From contig VGBL01000002.1 of the NCBI GenBank assembly GCA_016870515.1, positions 65,343 to 129,342 of the forward strand: a DNA stretch of 64,000 nt. Reading direction: 5' to 3'. This DNA is from Actinomycetota bacterium. Lineage in GTDB: Bacteria > Actinomycetota > Actinomycetes > S36-B12. Position 1 is the stretch's first letter; each line of letters begins with the position of its first letter. The translations under genes were made by a program, and so were the position numbers. A model generated the notes under the pieces. The model was given only the letters and a program-made list of their open reading frames with translations. It was not told the origin of the DNA and did not search any database. This document shows, in pieces, positions 9,469 through 19,376 of this stretch.

Positions 9469-10211
9469 CCGGCCGGTCTTGGTTGCGCCTGACCGTGGGC
9501 GTCGTTGCCCTGGTGATCGGCACCCTAGCCATTGCGGTCGGCGTCGCTGCGGCGGGTTCTGCCATGGCGCTTCACGCGGTGGTCGGCCGCGCAGGTGTCC
9601 TGGGCCAGTCCCTCGGCACTGTGGGTGCGCCGCCGCCGACGGCCGCCATAGTCATCACCGGCGTAGTGCCCTCAATCTCAACAGATGGACTGCCCGCCCG
9701 GATAGAGAGCGCAATGACGGCAGCGGGAATCGATATCGACGCACTTATCCGTGCCGAAGGAGACTTCGTCCTCCTTGCTGCCCGACCCGACAAGTCAGGC
9801 GACGTCTTCGTGGGTATCGCACCCTCCGGTGCCGTCGACGCCTTCCTCGGCGGCACGCCCTACGCGGTTGCCGAGCGGTACGACGGCGGGACATGGGGCA
9901 TCGTCGACGTGCCGGGAAACTCCACGCCCACCCCACCGGATGCGGCACTAGATTGGACGCGCAAGGCCGTCGGCAGCCCGGCCGAAATCGACGCCGGTTC
10001 ACTGGATGGCCGCGCCCTGGTGATCATGCACCCGGACGCGTCGCCCGGCGTGAAAACTGATCTTCGGCTGGAATACCGCCTAGCCCAGGCATCGCGGACG
10101 CTGCAGTCAGCGGCCGTCACCGCGACCGCAGCTGGACTCGGGGGCCTGCTCCTCGTCCTCCTGGGTGCATCGCTGATAGCCGGTCCACGGCCCCGGGGTC
10201 GTCACGCGTGA
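9465..10211 (+). CDS. membrane-anchored hypothetical protein (N- and C-terminal TM helices, extracytoplasmic middle domain)
   Basis: ATGA/GTGA overlaps with both neighbours; two hydrophobic termini; DVFVGIAP..AVDAFL and VIMHPDASPGV segments. Confidence 0.7.
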   Translation: MTGRSWLRLTVGVVALVIGTLAIAVGVAAAGSAMALHAVVGRAGVLGQSLGTVGAPPPTAAIVITGVVPSISTDGLPARIESAMTAAGIDIDALIRAEGDFVLLAARPDKSGDVFVGIAPSGAVDAFLGGTPYAVAERYDGGTWGIVDVPGNSTPTPPDAALDWTRKAVGSPAEIDAGSLDGRALVIMHPDASPGVKTDLRLEYRLAQASRTLQSAAVTATAAGLGGLLLVLLGASLIAGPRPRGRHA

Positions 10212-10780
10212 GCAACGCCCCCGATGACCGGATCGTCACCGTTCCCAACGCGTTGAGTGTCCTGCGACTGCTCCTCATCCCCGTCTTCCTCTGGCTGGTC
10301 CTGGGCGCTCAGGCAGACCTTTGGGGTGTATTCGTGCTCGCGGTCTCGGGCATCACGGACTACCTCGATGGGGTCATCGCCCGCCGCACTGGCCAGATTA
10401 CGCGGCTGGGGCAGGTCCTTGATCCACTCGTCGATCGCCTGACGATTGCGGCAACACTTATCGGCCTCGCCCTGCGCTCACTCATTCCCTGGTGGCTCGT
10501 CGGCCTCCTGGTGCTGCGCGAACTCGTCCTGCTGTCTCTCGTGCCAGCCCTGCGCAGCCACGGGCTGACCGCGCTGCCGGTGCACTACCTGGGCAAGGCG
10601 GCCACTTTCGCACTCTTCTGGGGCTTCCCCTTCGTCCTCGTGGGGGCCGGGGCCGCCGACTGGGAGCAGGTGCTGGGCGCCCTGGGGTGGGCTTTCGTCA
10701 TCTGGGGCACTGCGCTCTACTGGTACGCGGCGGTGCTCTACGTCGAGCAGGCCCGAAGGGTCCTGCGCGCCGGGAGGTAG
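10208..10780 (+). CDS. pgsA: CDP-alcohol phosphatidyltransferase (PgsA2-type)
   Basis: TVPNALS.LR and DYLDG.IARR.GQ.T.LG..LDP..D signature. Confidence 0.93.
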   Translation: MSNAPDDRIVTVPNALSVLRLLLIPVFLWLVLGAQADLWGVFVLAVSGITDYLDGVIARRTGQITRLGQVLDPLVDRLTIAATLIGLALRSLIPWWLVGLLVLRELVLLSLVPALRSHGLTALPVHYLGKAATFALFWGFPFVLVGAGAADWEQVLGALGWAFVIWGTALYWYAAVLYVEQARRVLRAGR

Positions 10781-10782
10781 CG

Positions 10783-13287
10783 ATGAGAGCGGTGGTGATG
10801 GCCGGCGGCCTCGGCAGCCGACTACGTCCGCTCACCACCTCCGTCCCCAAGCCTCTCCTGCCGGTGGTGGGAGAGCCCATGCTGGGTCACGTCCTGCGCC
10901 TGGCACAGTCACACGGCGTCACCGACGCCACCCTCACCGTCCAGCATCTTGCGACCCTGATCCGCGCATACCTCGGCGATGGTTCCGACCTGGGTCTTGC
11001 TCTTGCCTATGCCACCGAGCACCGGCCCCTGGGCACAGCGGGCGGCGTGCGGGCGGCAGCAGCGCAGTTCGATGACGATTTCCTCGTTATGTCCGGAGAT
11101 GCCGTCACGGACATAGACCTGAGTGCCTTCATGGCTCGACACCGCGAGACCGGGGCACTGCTCAGCATCTGCCTGGCTCGGCGAGACGACCCCCGGGAGT
11201 TCGGGGTGGTGGACGCCGACCCGGATGGACGCGTGCGGCGCTTCACCGAGAAGCCGGCCTGGGGAGAGGTGTTCACCGATGCGGTGAGCACCGGGATCTA
11301 CGCCGTTTCGCCGCAGGTCGTGCAGATGATCCCGGACGAAGGGCCACAGGACTGGTCCTCGGATGTGCTGCCTCGCTTGCTCGCCCAGGGACTGCACGTC
11401 GGCGCCTTCGTGAGCGGCGGCTACTGGGAAGACGTCGGCGATATCGCCGCCTACCGTCGCGTCCAGATCGACGTCTTGGAGCGCAAGGTCCAGTTGACGA
11501 TTCCGGGGTCAGAGGTGAGCCCTGGAGTATGGCTGGGCGACGGCGTGAGCATCGACGCGGGCGCCACCATCGTCGGCCCCGTCTATCTCGGCTCGCACTC
11601 GGCGGTCGAGGGCGGAGCCTCGGTGCTTGCTCATTCGGTGATCGGTGCCAACGCGGTCATTCGCCGGGGATCGGTCGTAGAGCGCGCGGTCCTGCTGGAC
11701 GGTGTCTTCGCGGACGTCGACTCCAACCTGCGCGGTTGCGTCATAGGTCGGTCGGTTGATCTTGGGGCGGGCTCGCGCGTCGGAGAGGCGGCGGTTGTCG
11801 CGGACGAGTGCTCGCTCGAGCAGGAGGTCGACGTCGCGCCGGGCAGCCTGGTCTACCCGGGCCGGACGATCGAGGCCGGAGCCATCGTGCACGGCTCGGT
11901 CGTATGGGAGGCCCAGGGCCAACGGCGGCGGGTAGGTGCCGGAGGCATCTGCGGGACGGTCTCGGTTGATATCACTCCCGACACTGCGGTGCGCCTAGCG
12001 TCCGCCCTGGCCAGCACGCTGCCGAAGGACGGCGCGATCGCGGTGGGGCGCGACCACTCGAGGACCGCTCGGGCCTATGCGGGTCTGCTCGTCGGCGCCT
12101 TCACCGCGGCCGGTCTGGACGTTCGCGATCATCGCGTCGTACCAGCGCCGGTGCTTCGCCACGACATCGCGCACCATGCGTCCGCTGGCATCATGGTGCG
12201 GGCATCTGCCGGGCGGCCCGAGCGCATCGACATCGTCATCCTCGACGCCAACGGCGGTGACATCTCCGAGAGCCAGGCCAAGCGCTTGGAGCGAATCCTC
12301 GATCGCCGCGAGTTCCGTCGGCCCTTCCCCGGCGAAGTCGGCGACCTCGTCCTGCCCGACCAGGCCCTGGACCACTACGCAACGACCCTGCGGGCCAAGG
12401 TGCCCCTCGACGGTGTCTCGTCGGCTGACCTCACCGTCGTCGTCGACGCGTCCGGCGGCAGTTCGGCGCTGGTGCTACCCACGATCCTGGCCGGAGTGGA
12501 TGTCGACCTGGTCATGCTTGGCGGCCGGATCGAGGTGGCGCGTGCGACCCCCCTACACGATGACCGTCAATCCAGCCTTCGCCTGCTGGCCGAGCGCGTC
12601 GTCGCCACGGGAGCGAGCATGGGGTTGGCTATCGACTCCACGGGCGAGCGGTTGGCGCTGGTCGACGAGCTCGGCCAGGTCCTCGATGACGACCGAGCCC
12701 TTCTCGTCGTCATGGACCTCGTCGCGGCCGAAAGCCAGGGCGGGCACGTTGTCCTGCCGGTCACGACGTCTCGTGTTGCGGAGCAGGTCGCAAACTTCCA
12801 CGGCGTGGAGGTCAAACGCGTGCCGGCAAGCCGCACATTCCTCGAAGGTATCGACGCACCGGATGCCCTGATGCGATCGGATGGACTCGGTGGATTCGCC
12901 ATTGGCGGCATGGGTGGTCAGCGAGACGCCATTGCCACAGCCCTCGCGCTGCTCGGCCTCGTAGCACGCACGCAGCTCACCCTGAGCGCCATCGATGCGC
13001 GAATTCCGCGGACGGTCTCGGTGCGACATGCCGTGCCGACTCCGTGGGCAGCGAAGGCGTCCGTGATGCGTGCCGCGCAAGAGCATGCGGGCAGTCGCGC
13101 CATCGACATCACCGACGGAGTCCGCGTCCTCGAGGATGACGGGTCCTGGTGCCTGGTCCTACCCGACGACCAGGAGCCGCTCACCCGCCTGTGGATCGAG
13201 GCGCCCACCTACGCTCGAGCGATGCAGGTGGGCGCGGAGTGGGCGGCCATGATCGAGCGCGTATCCGCGCCCGCTCCGCCCGCCTAG
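10783..13287 (+). CDS. mannose-1-phosphate guanylyltransferase fused to a hexapeptide domain and a phosphomannomutase-like domain
   Basis: AVVMAGG.GSRLRPLT...PKP, PLGTAG, F.EKP and YWEDVG; LbH repeats; PMM-like C-terminal half ending DGVRV..W.LVLPD..EP. ATG at 10783 follows a GGAGG SD. Confidence 0.88.
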   Translation: MRAVVMAGGLGSRLRPLTTSVPKPLLPVVGEPMLGHVLRLAQSHGVTDATLTVQHLATLIRAYLGDGSDLGLALAYATEHRPLGTAGGVRAAAAQFDDDFLVMSGDAVTDIDLSAFMARHRETGALLSICLARRDDPREFGVVDADPDGRVRRFTEKPAWGEVFTDAVSTGIYAVSPQVVQMIPDEGPQDWSSDVLPRLLAQGLHVGAFVSGGYWEDVGDIAAYRRVQIDVLERKVQLTIPGSEVSPGVWLGDGVSIDAGATIVGPVYLGSHSAVEGGASVLAHSVIGANAVIRRGSVVERAVLLDGVFADVDSNLRGCVIGRSVDLGAGSRVGEAAVVADECSLEQEVDVAPGSLVYPGRTIEAGAIVHGSVVWEAQGQRRRVGAGGICGTVSVDITPDTAVRLASALASTLPKDGAIAVGRDHSRTARAYAGLLVGAFTAAGLDVRDHRVVPAPVLRHDIAHHASAGIMVRASAGRPERIDIVILDANGGDISESQAKRLERILDRREFRRPFPGEVGDLVLPDQALDHYATTLRAKVPLDGVSSADLTVVVDASGGSSALVLPTILAGVDVDLVMLGGRIEVARATPLHDDRQSSLRLLAERVVATGASMGLAIDSTGERLALVDELGQVLDDDRALLVVMDLVAAESQGGHVVLPVTTSRVAEQVANFHGVEVKRVPASRTFLEGIDAPDALMRSDGLGGFAIGGMGGQRDAIATALALLGLVARTQLTLSAIDARIPRTVSVRHAVPTPWAAKASVMRAAQEHAGSRAIDITDGVRVLEDDGSWCLVLPDDQEPLTRLWIEAPTYARAMQVGAEWAAMIERVSAPAPPA

Positions 13288-13355
13288 GGGTCGTCCTTGA
13301 TCGGGGACTTGCCGCCGGATAGGTTCGTCGACGTCCGCTGGCCCCGGGAGGAAAT

Positions 13356-13733
13356 ATGGTCCCCGAAGACGCTCGATACACCGCTCAGCACGAGTGGTTG
13401 CGCGAGACGGCCGACGGCACCGTGGTCTTCGGCATCACCGACTACGCCCAGGACGCCCTCGGAGACATCGTCTATGTCGACCTTCCCGCGGTCGGCGTGG
13501 CCCTGACCGCCCATTCGCCCTGCGGCGAGGTTGAGTCGACAAAGAGCGTGAGCGAGATCTATGCCCCGATCGCCGGCGAGGTCGTGCGCGTCAATGCGGT
13601 CCTCTCGGACGCACCACAGACGGTCAACTCCGACCCCTACGGCGAAGGCTGGATGGTAGAGATCCGTCCCAGCGGACCTGTCGACGGCCTCCTCGAGGCA
13701 GCCGCCTACCGAGCCCTCATCGGCGAGGGCTGA
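13356..13733 (+). CDS. gcvH: glycine cleavage system H protein
   Basis: HEW, GITDYAQDALGDIVYV, lipoyl motif ESTKS and NSDPYGEGW. Confidence 0.97.
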   Translation: MVPEDARYTAQHEWLRETADGTVVFGITDYAQDALGDIVYVDLPAVGVALTAHSPCGEVESTKSVSEIYAPIAGEVVRVNAVLSDAPQTVNSDPYGEGWMVEIRPSGPVDGLLEAAAYRALIGEG

Positions 13734-14221
13734 TGAGCGAGGGTTGCCCGCACTCATCCGATCCGAGTGATCGGTTCTGCCGTCGGTGCGGTGCGGCCCT
13801 GACCGAGTCGCCGGAGATCGTCGAGGAGACGTTCGTTTGCGCGTCGGGACCCCCCAGCACAGGTTCGCTTCCAGCCGTTGGCACCGGCCGCATATCCGGT
13901 GTGGCCGAGGGCGAGGGTGTGCTGGTCGTCCGCCGGGGGAGCGGGGAGGGGACGACCTATCTACTGGCCGGGGACATCGTCACCGCCGGTCGCGCCCCGG
14001 ACGCCGATCTCTTCCTCGACGACGTGACGGTGAGCAGGCATCACGCCGAGTTGCAGCGCACGCCGGAGGGCTGGCGCATCAAGGACACCGAGAGCCTCAA
14101 CGGGACCTACGTCAACCGACGCCGGGTCGAGGACCACCTCCTCGTGCCGGGCGACGAGGTGCAGATCGGCAAGTACCGCTTCGCCTACCTCGTGGGAGGG
14201 GACACCGGAGCACTGCGGTGA
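13733..14221 (+). CDS. garA: FHA-domain protein (GarA/OdhI-like) with N-terminal Cys motif
   Basis: GR.P..DLFLDDVTVSR.HA, SLNGTYVNR and GDEVQIGKYR. Conserved position after gcvH. Confidence 0.85.
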   Translation: MSEGCPHSSDPSDRFCRRCGAALTESPEIVEETFVCASGPPSTGSLPAVGTGRISGVAEGEGVLVVRRGSGEGTTYLLAGDIVTAGRAPDADLFLDDVTVSRHHAELQRTPEGWRIKDTESLNGTYVNRRRVEDHLLVPGDEVQIGKYRFAYLVGGDTGALR

Positions 14222-14853
14222 CCGATGGCGGCACACCCCTCACGATGGGCGCTGTGGTGGATCTTCTCGCCGAGGAGTTCCCCGACCTGACCGCGTCCAA
14301 GATCCGCTACCTCGAAGCAGAGGGCGTCATCCACCCCCATCGCACCCCGCGTGGGAGCCGGCGGTTCACCGACGACGACGTCCGACGCCTGCGACACGTC
14401 CTGCGCCTGCAGCGTGACGAGTATCTTCCGCTGCGGGTCATTCGAGAGAACCTCGCTGCGATGCCCTCCGATGCTGCCGAGGCTGCTCCCTCCGTGCCCT
14501 CGCAGCGCCTGCGCCGCGGTCGACCCCGGACCATGACGGTGGCGGAGCTGTGCGAGCGAGCTGGCATCAGCAGGGCCACCCTGGAGGAACTGGAGCGCTA
14601 CGGACTGATCGCGAACCGCGACTCGCAGGCGCTGGACATCTGCGTCCTGGTCGGACGGCTGGCGGAGTTCGGTATCGAGCCCAGGCACCTGCGTGCTTCC
14701 CGGGTCGCTGCCGATCGGGAGATTGGCCTGGTGGAGCAGGCTTTGGCACCGCGTCGTGGAGACGCGATTCGAGATGCCGATGACCGCGGTCAACTGCTCG
14801 CCTTGCTCATCGACCTGCATATCGCCCTGGTGCGGGCAGGGGTTCCGGGATAG
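14218..14853 (+). CDS. MerR-family regulator (FtsR/Rv1828-like)
   Basis: EFPDLT.SKIRYLE.EG..P.RT..G.R.F, LQRDEYLPL.VI and FGIEPRHLR. GTG 14218 overlaps the garA stop; the ORF-track N-extension is spurious. Confidence 0.88.
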   Translation: MTDGGTPLTMGAVVDLLAEEFPDLTASKIRYLEAEGVIHPHRTPRGSRRFTDDDVRRLRHVLRLQRDEYLPLRVIRENLAAMPSDAAEAAPSVPSQRLRRGRPRTMTVAELCERAGISRATLEELERYGLIANRDSQALDICVLVGRLAEFGIEPRHLRASRVAADREIGLVEQALAPRRGDAIRDADDRGQLLALLIDLHIALVRAGVPG

Positions 14854-14876
14854 GTGCCCGGGGTTAGGCTCGGCAC

Positions 14877-15347
14877 ATGAAGCCCGTCGAGGTGGTCGGC
14901 GTCCGCGTCGAGATGCCCTCCAACCAGCCCATTGTGCTCCTGCGTGAGTCCGGGGGCGAGCGCTATCTGCCGATCTGGATCGGCGCGGTCGAGGCCACCG
15001 CCATCGCATTCGCCCAGCAAGGCGTCGTGCCCGCCCGGCCGCTCACCCATGACCTCTTGCGCGACGTGCTCGTCGCCCTCGAGAGCCCGCTCCAGGAGGT
15101 CCGTATAACCCGCCTCGATGAGGGCGTCTTCTACGCCGACCTGGTCTTCGCCAGCGGCACCCAGGTGAGCGCCCGTCCGAGCGATGCCATCGCGCTCGCC
15201 CTGCGCACAGGGTCGCCCATCTACGCCGATGAGGCCATCCTCGATGAGGCCGGGGTGGAGATCCCCCACGAGCAGGAGGACGAGGTCGAGAAGTTCCGGG
15301 AGTTCCTCGACCAGATATCCCCCGAGGACTTCGGGGCCGGCGGATAG
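14877..15347 (+). CDS. bifunctional nuclease family protein (DUF151)
   Basis: VGVRVEMPSNQPIVLL, YLPIWIG..EA, RPLTHDL and RPSDAIALA. Confidence 0.93.
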   Translation: MKPVEVVGVRVEMPSNQPIVLLRESGGERYLPIWIGAVEATAIAFAQQGVVPARPLTHDLLRDVLVALESPLQEVRITRLDEGVFYADLVFASGTQVSARPSDAIALALRTGSPIYADEAILDEAGVEIPHEQEDEVEKFREFLDQISPEDFGAGG

Positions 15348-15374
15348 TCCGTCCGGGGCCCACGGCGGGTCGCA

Positions 15375-15403
15375 TTGACCGTCCCTTCCGCCGGCCCTAC
15401 GGT
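15375..15403 (+). promoter_or_regulatory. housekeeping sigma70-type promoter for the downstream MerR regulator
   Basis: TTGACC-N17-TACGGT, 23 nt upstream of GTG 15427. Confidence 0.65.
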
Positions 15404-15426
15404 AATGATCCCAACAAGCAGAGCAG

Positions 15427-16032
15427 GTGTCCGTGAGCGCTACCACCGGTCTTCCCGGCCAGTCCCATGAGGCCGTAGCGCTGCCCGCGACCGTTGATCA
15501 GCCCGGTCTGTTCGACGAGGGAGAGCTCCGTTCGGCGGCCACCCACCTGGGCTACCGCGGCCCGGTGGCCTGCGCGGCGGCGGGCATCACCTACCGCCAA
15601 TTGGACTACTGGGCGCGCACGGGCCTCGTCGAGCCGAGCATCCGCCCGGCGGCCGGCTCCGGCACCCAGCGCCTTTACAGTTTCCGCGACATCCTGACCC
15701 TGCGCATCGTCAAGCGCCTGATCGACACGGGTGTATCCCTGCCCAATATCCGGTCGGCCGTGCGGCACCTGGAGGAGCGCGGGGGCGAGGACCTTGCCCG
15801 CATCACGCTGATGAGCGACGGGGCCACCATCTACGAGTGTCGGAGCGCCGACGAGGTGGTCGATCTCGTCCGCGGCGGCCAGGGGGTCTTCGGCATCGCC
15901 GTGGGGCGTGTGTGGCAGGAGGTCGAGGGCTCCCTTGCCTCGCTGCCGGGCGAGCGGTCCGATGGCGAGGCTGAGTCAGGCCTGCGCGATGAGCTCGCGC
16001 CGCGCCGCGCCGCCCGCCACGCCAGCGCCTGA
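15427..16032 (+). CDS. MerR-family regulator (Rv1830-like)
   Basis: GYRGP.AC.AAGITYRQLDYWART.LV.PS, QRLYSF and GGQGVFGIA. Confidence 0.93.
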   Translation: MSVSATTGLPGQSHEAVALPATVDQPGLFDEGELRSAATHLGYRGPVACAAAGITYRQLDYWARTGLVEPSIRPAAGSGTQRLYSFRDILTLRIVKRLIDTGVSLPNIRSAVRHLEERGGEDLARITLMSDGATIYECRSADEVVDLVRGGQGVFGIAVGRVWQEVEGSLASLPGERSDGEAESGLRDELAPRRAARHASA

Positions 16033-16080
16033 AGTCCCGCCCGGCCATCCGACGGGGTAGCATCTATTTCGTCGATCGAC

Positions 16081-16290
16081 CACGCACGGGAGAGCCCCGC
16101 GGAGCCACCGCGGGCGCCGAAGGAGCAACCTCCCCGGAAACTCTCAGGCATCCGAACCGTGTGCGGAAGGCAACTCTGGAGAGAGGGCCGGTTCCCGGCC
16201 CCACCGACGGTGCAAGGCCGCGACGGCTCAACTCGGGCCGTAGCGGACGAAACTCTCAGGTCGCGGTAGGCCGCGAGACCAGAGGGGGAG
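16081..16290 (+). ncRNA. tandem glycine riboswitch
   Basis: Aptamer 1: GGGAGAG..CGCCGAAGGAGCAA..AAACTCTCAGG. Aptamer 2: CTGGAGAG..CACCGACGGTGCAA..AAACTCTCAGG..CCAGAG. Directly upstream of gcvP, with a TAGCAT -10 at about 16058. Confidence 0.92.
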
Positions 16291-16350
16291 CGCGGTGGCG
16301 CAACCACCGACCCCTTGAGGCGCACGCGCCCGTTTGTCCTGAGGTGCACC

Positions 16351-19197
16351 ATGACGCTCTCACCGTTCGTCGCCCGCCACATCGGTCCGTCCGATGCCGA
16401 CCTGACGGCCATGCTCGGCACCATCGGCTATCGCGACATGGCGTCCCTGGTCGCCGATGCTGCCCCCGCCGGCATCCGGTGGCAGGACAGGCTCGATCTA
16501 CCGGACGCGCTCGACGAGGCGGACGCACTGGCCGACATGGCTGGTCTGGCAGCGCGCAACGTGCGCCTTCGCCAGATGATCGGGCTCGGCTACTCCGACT
16601 GCATCACCCCGTCGGTGATCCTGCGCAATGTCATCGAGAATCCCGCCTGGTACACGGCCTACACGCCCTATCAGCCGGAGATTTCCCAGGGCCGCCTCGA
16701 GGCGCTGCTTGCCTTCCAGACCCTCGTCGAGGACCTGACGGCCCTGCCCGTGGCATCCGCCTCGCTGCTCGACGAAGCCACGGCCGCCGCAGAGGCCATG
16801 ACGCTCCTGCACCGCACGGCCTCGACAGATGGCGACGTCTTCCTGGTCGATTCCGACACGCACCCCCAAACGCTCGCCGTCCTGGCCACCCGGGCGGAGC
16901 CGATCGGCATCGAGCTCCGGCTGGTCGATGTCACCTCGCCCCTTCCATCGGTGGAGGGCGCCTACGGGGTGCTCCTGTCGTACCCCTCGTCATCGGGCGC
17001 CGTGCGCGATATTCGCCCCGCCATCGAGTCCGCGCATGCTGCCGGCATTGGCGTTGCCGTGGCCAGCGACCTCCTCGCGCTCACCCTGCTCGCCCCTCCC
17101 GGGGAGATGGGGGCCGACATCTGCGTCGGCTCGGCGCAGCGATTCGGCATACCCCTGGGCTTTGGGGGTCCGCACGCAGGATTCATGTCCGTGCGCGCGG
17201 GCCTTGAGCGGTCCCTGCCCGGACGTCTCGTCGGGGTCAGCGTCGACGTTGACGGCGCCCCCGCCTACCGGTTGGCCTTGCAGACGCGCGAGCAGCACAT
17301 CCGACGGGAGAAGGCCACCAGCAACATCTGCACCTCCCAGGTCCTGCTGGCCGTCGTGGCCGCGATGTACGCCGCCTACCACGGACCCGAGGGCCTGCGC
17401 GATATCGCGCAGCGCATCCACGACAAGGCAGCCACCCTGGGGGCATCACTGCAGGGCGGTGGGGTCCAGATCCTGCACGAGTCGTTCTTTGACACGCTCC
17501 ATGCCGACGTTCCCGGCCGTGCTGCGGCGATCGTGGAAGCGGCCCGCGACGCCGGAATCAACCTCAGATTCGTCGACGCCGACACCGTCGGGATATCGGT
17601 TGACGAGCGCACCAGCGACGCCGACGTCGATGCCGTGCTCGGCGCCTTTGGCGTCACGCGCGCCGGGGGTGTCTCGCCAGTGCCAAGCAGCCTCGCTCGC
17701 ACGTCGCCCTATCTCGCGCACCCGATCTTCCACGCCCACCGCAGTGAGACCAAGATGATGCGCTACCTGCGCTCGCTATCCGACAAGGACCTCGCACTGG
17801 ACCGCACCATGATCCCGCTGGGATCGTGCACGATGAAGCTCAACGCGGCCACCGAGATGATCCCCATCACCTGGGATGGCTTCACCGGCATCCATCCATT
17901 CGTGCCACTCGACCAGGCGGAGGGCTACCTCGAGCTCATCAGGCGCTTGGAAGCATTGCTCTGCGAGGTGACCGGCTACGATGCCATCTCTCTCCAGCCA
18001 AACGCGGGATCGCAGGGCGAGTTCTCCGGGCTCCTGGCCATTCGCGGCTACCACCGCAGTCGGGGCGAGGCCCAGCGCGATGTCTGCATCATCCCGAGCA
18101 GCGCTCACGGAACCAACGCGGCGAGCGCGGTCATGGCCGGTATGCGCGTGGTCGTCATTGGCTGCGACGAGCACGGCAACGTCGATGTCGACGAACTCAA
18201 GGCCAAGATCGGCGAGCACGGCGAGTGCCTTGCTGCGCTGATGATCACCTACCCGTCGACGCATGGCGTCTACGAAGAGGCCGTGCAGGAGATCTGTGCA
18301 CTGGTTCACGAAGCCGGAGGCCAGGTCTATGTCGACGGCGCCAACCTCAACGCACTCGTGGGGCTGGCCAAGCCCGGCAAGTTCGGCGCCGACGTGTCGC
18401 ACCTAAACCTCCACAAGACGTTCTGCATCCCCCATGGCGGTGGCGGTCCGGGCGTCGGCCCCGTGGCCGTTCGAGAGCACCTCGCGCCCTTCCTGCCCTC
18501 ACATCCACTCCGCCCCGAGGCCGGGCCCTCGGGGCGCGGTCACGTCGATGGCGGCACGGGTCCGGTGAGCGGTGCGCCGTGGGGGAGCGCAGGCATCCTC
18601 TCCATTCCCTACGCCTACATCGGCATGATGGGCGGCGAGGGGCTCACCAAAGCCACCTCCGTCGCCCTGGTGTCGGCCAACTACATCGCACGGCGACTCG
18701 GCGATGCGTATCCCGTGCTCTACGTCGGCGAACGCGGGCTCGTGGCCCATGAGTGCATCATCGACCTACGAGCGATCACCAAGGAGACGGGCGTCACCGT
18801 CGACGATGTGGCCAAGCGACTCATCGACTTCGGCATTCACGCCCCCACGATGTCGTTCCCCGTGGCGGGCACCTTGATGATCGAGCCCACTGAGAGCGAG
18901 GACCTAGCCGAGATCGACCGGTTCTGCGACGCCATGCTCGCCATTCGAGAAGAGATCGATCGCGTCGCGGCGGGGGAGTGGCCGATCGACGACAGCCCCC
19001 TGCGCAACGCTCCCCACACGGCCGAGAGCCTCCTGGGCGAGTGGGACAAGCCCTACCCACGAAGCCTGGGCGCCTACCCGCTGCCCGAGGTCGTCAGCCG
19101 CAAGTACTGGCCGCCCGTGCGCCGAATCGATGGCGCCTACGGCGACCGGCACCTGATCTGCAGCTGTCCTCGACCCGAGGAACTCGCCACCAGCTGA
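16351..19197 (+). CDS. gcvP: glycine dehydrogenase (aminomethyl-transferring), P protein
   Basis: [50 protein letters not shown] and PLP site [11 protein letters not shown] 16351 follows GAGGT. Confidence 0.98.
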   Translation: MTLSPFVARHIGPSDADLTAMLGTIGYRDMASLVADAAPAGIRWQDRLDLPDALDEADALADMAGLAARNVRLRQMIGLGYSDCITPSVILRNVIENPAWYTAYTPYQPEISQGRLEALLAFQTLVEDLTALPVASASLLDEATAAAEAMTLLHRTASTDGDVFLVDSDTHPQTLAVLATRAEPIGIELRLVDVTSPLPSVEGAYGVLLSYPSSSGAVRDIRPAIESAHAAGIGVAVASDLLALTLLAPPGEMGADICVGSAQRFGIPLGFGGPHAGFMSVRAGLERSLPGRLVGVSVDVDGAPAYRLALQTREQHIRREKATSNICTSQVLLAVVAAMYAAYHGPEGLRDIAQRIHDKAATLGASLQGGGVQILHESFFDTLHADVPGRAAAIVEAARDAGINLRFVDADTVGISVDERTSDADVDAVLGAFGVTRAGGVSPVPSSLARTSPYLAHPIFHAHRSETKMMRYLRSLSDKDLALDRTMIPLGSCTMKLNAATEMIPITWDGFTGIHPFVPLDQAEGYLELIRRLEALLCEVTGYDAISLQPNAGSQGEFSGLLAIRGYHRSRGEAQRDVCIIPSSAHGTNAASAVMAGMRVVVIGCDEHGNVDVDELKAKIGEHGECLAALMITYPSTHGVYEEAVQEICALVHEAGGQVYVDGANLNALVGLAKPGKFGADVSHLNLHKTFCIPHGGGGPGVGPVAVREHLAPFLPSHPLRPEAGPSGRGHVDGGTGPVSGAPWGSAGILSIPYAYIGMMGGEGLTKATSVALVSANYIARRLGDAYPVLYVGERGLVAHECIIDLRAITKETGVTVDDVAKRLIDFGIHAPTMSFPVAGTLMIEPTESEDLAEIDRFCDAMLAIREEIDRVAAGEWPIDDSPLRNAPHTAESLLGEWDKPYPRSLGAYPLPEVVSRKYWPPVRRIDGAYGDRHLICSCPRPEELATS

Positions 19198-19376
19198 CCC
19201 AGGACTAGCCTCGTGGACCGTGGAAAACCATCGGGACGCTCTCGCAGCGATCGTCCTGGCCATGGCGGTGGCGGCCATCGCGCGCTGGCCAGGCATCAGC
19301 TGCAGGTCATGGCGAACCTCGGCAAGGACCCCGTCGATCTCGACCACACCGCGAGGGGAGTCAATTCCCGCGGGTA

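Noticed and set aside
10492-10782. Long N-terminal extensions in the ORF track (manC fusion, ftsR, fxsA, monooxygenase, ABC ATPase 43729)
   Set aside because: They overlap neighbouring genes. Downstream starts have SD, stop-overlap or -10 support.
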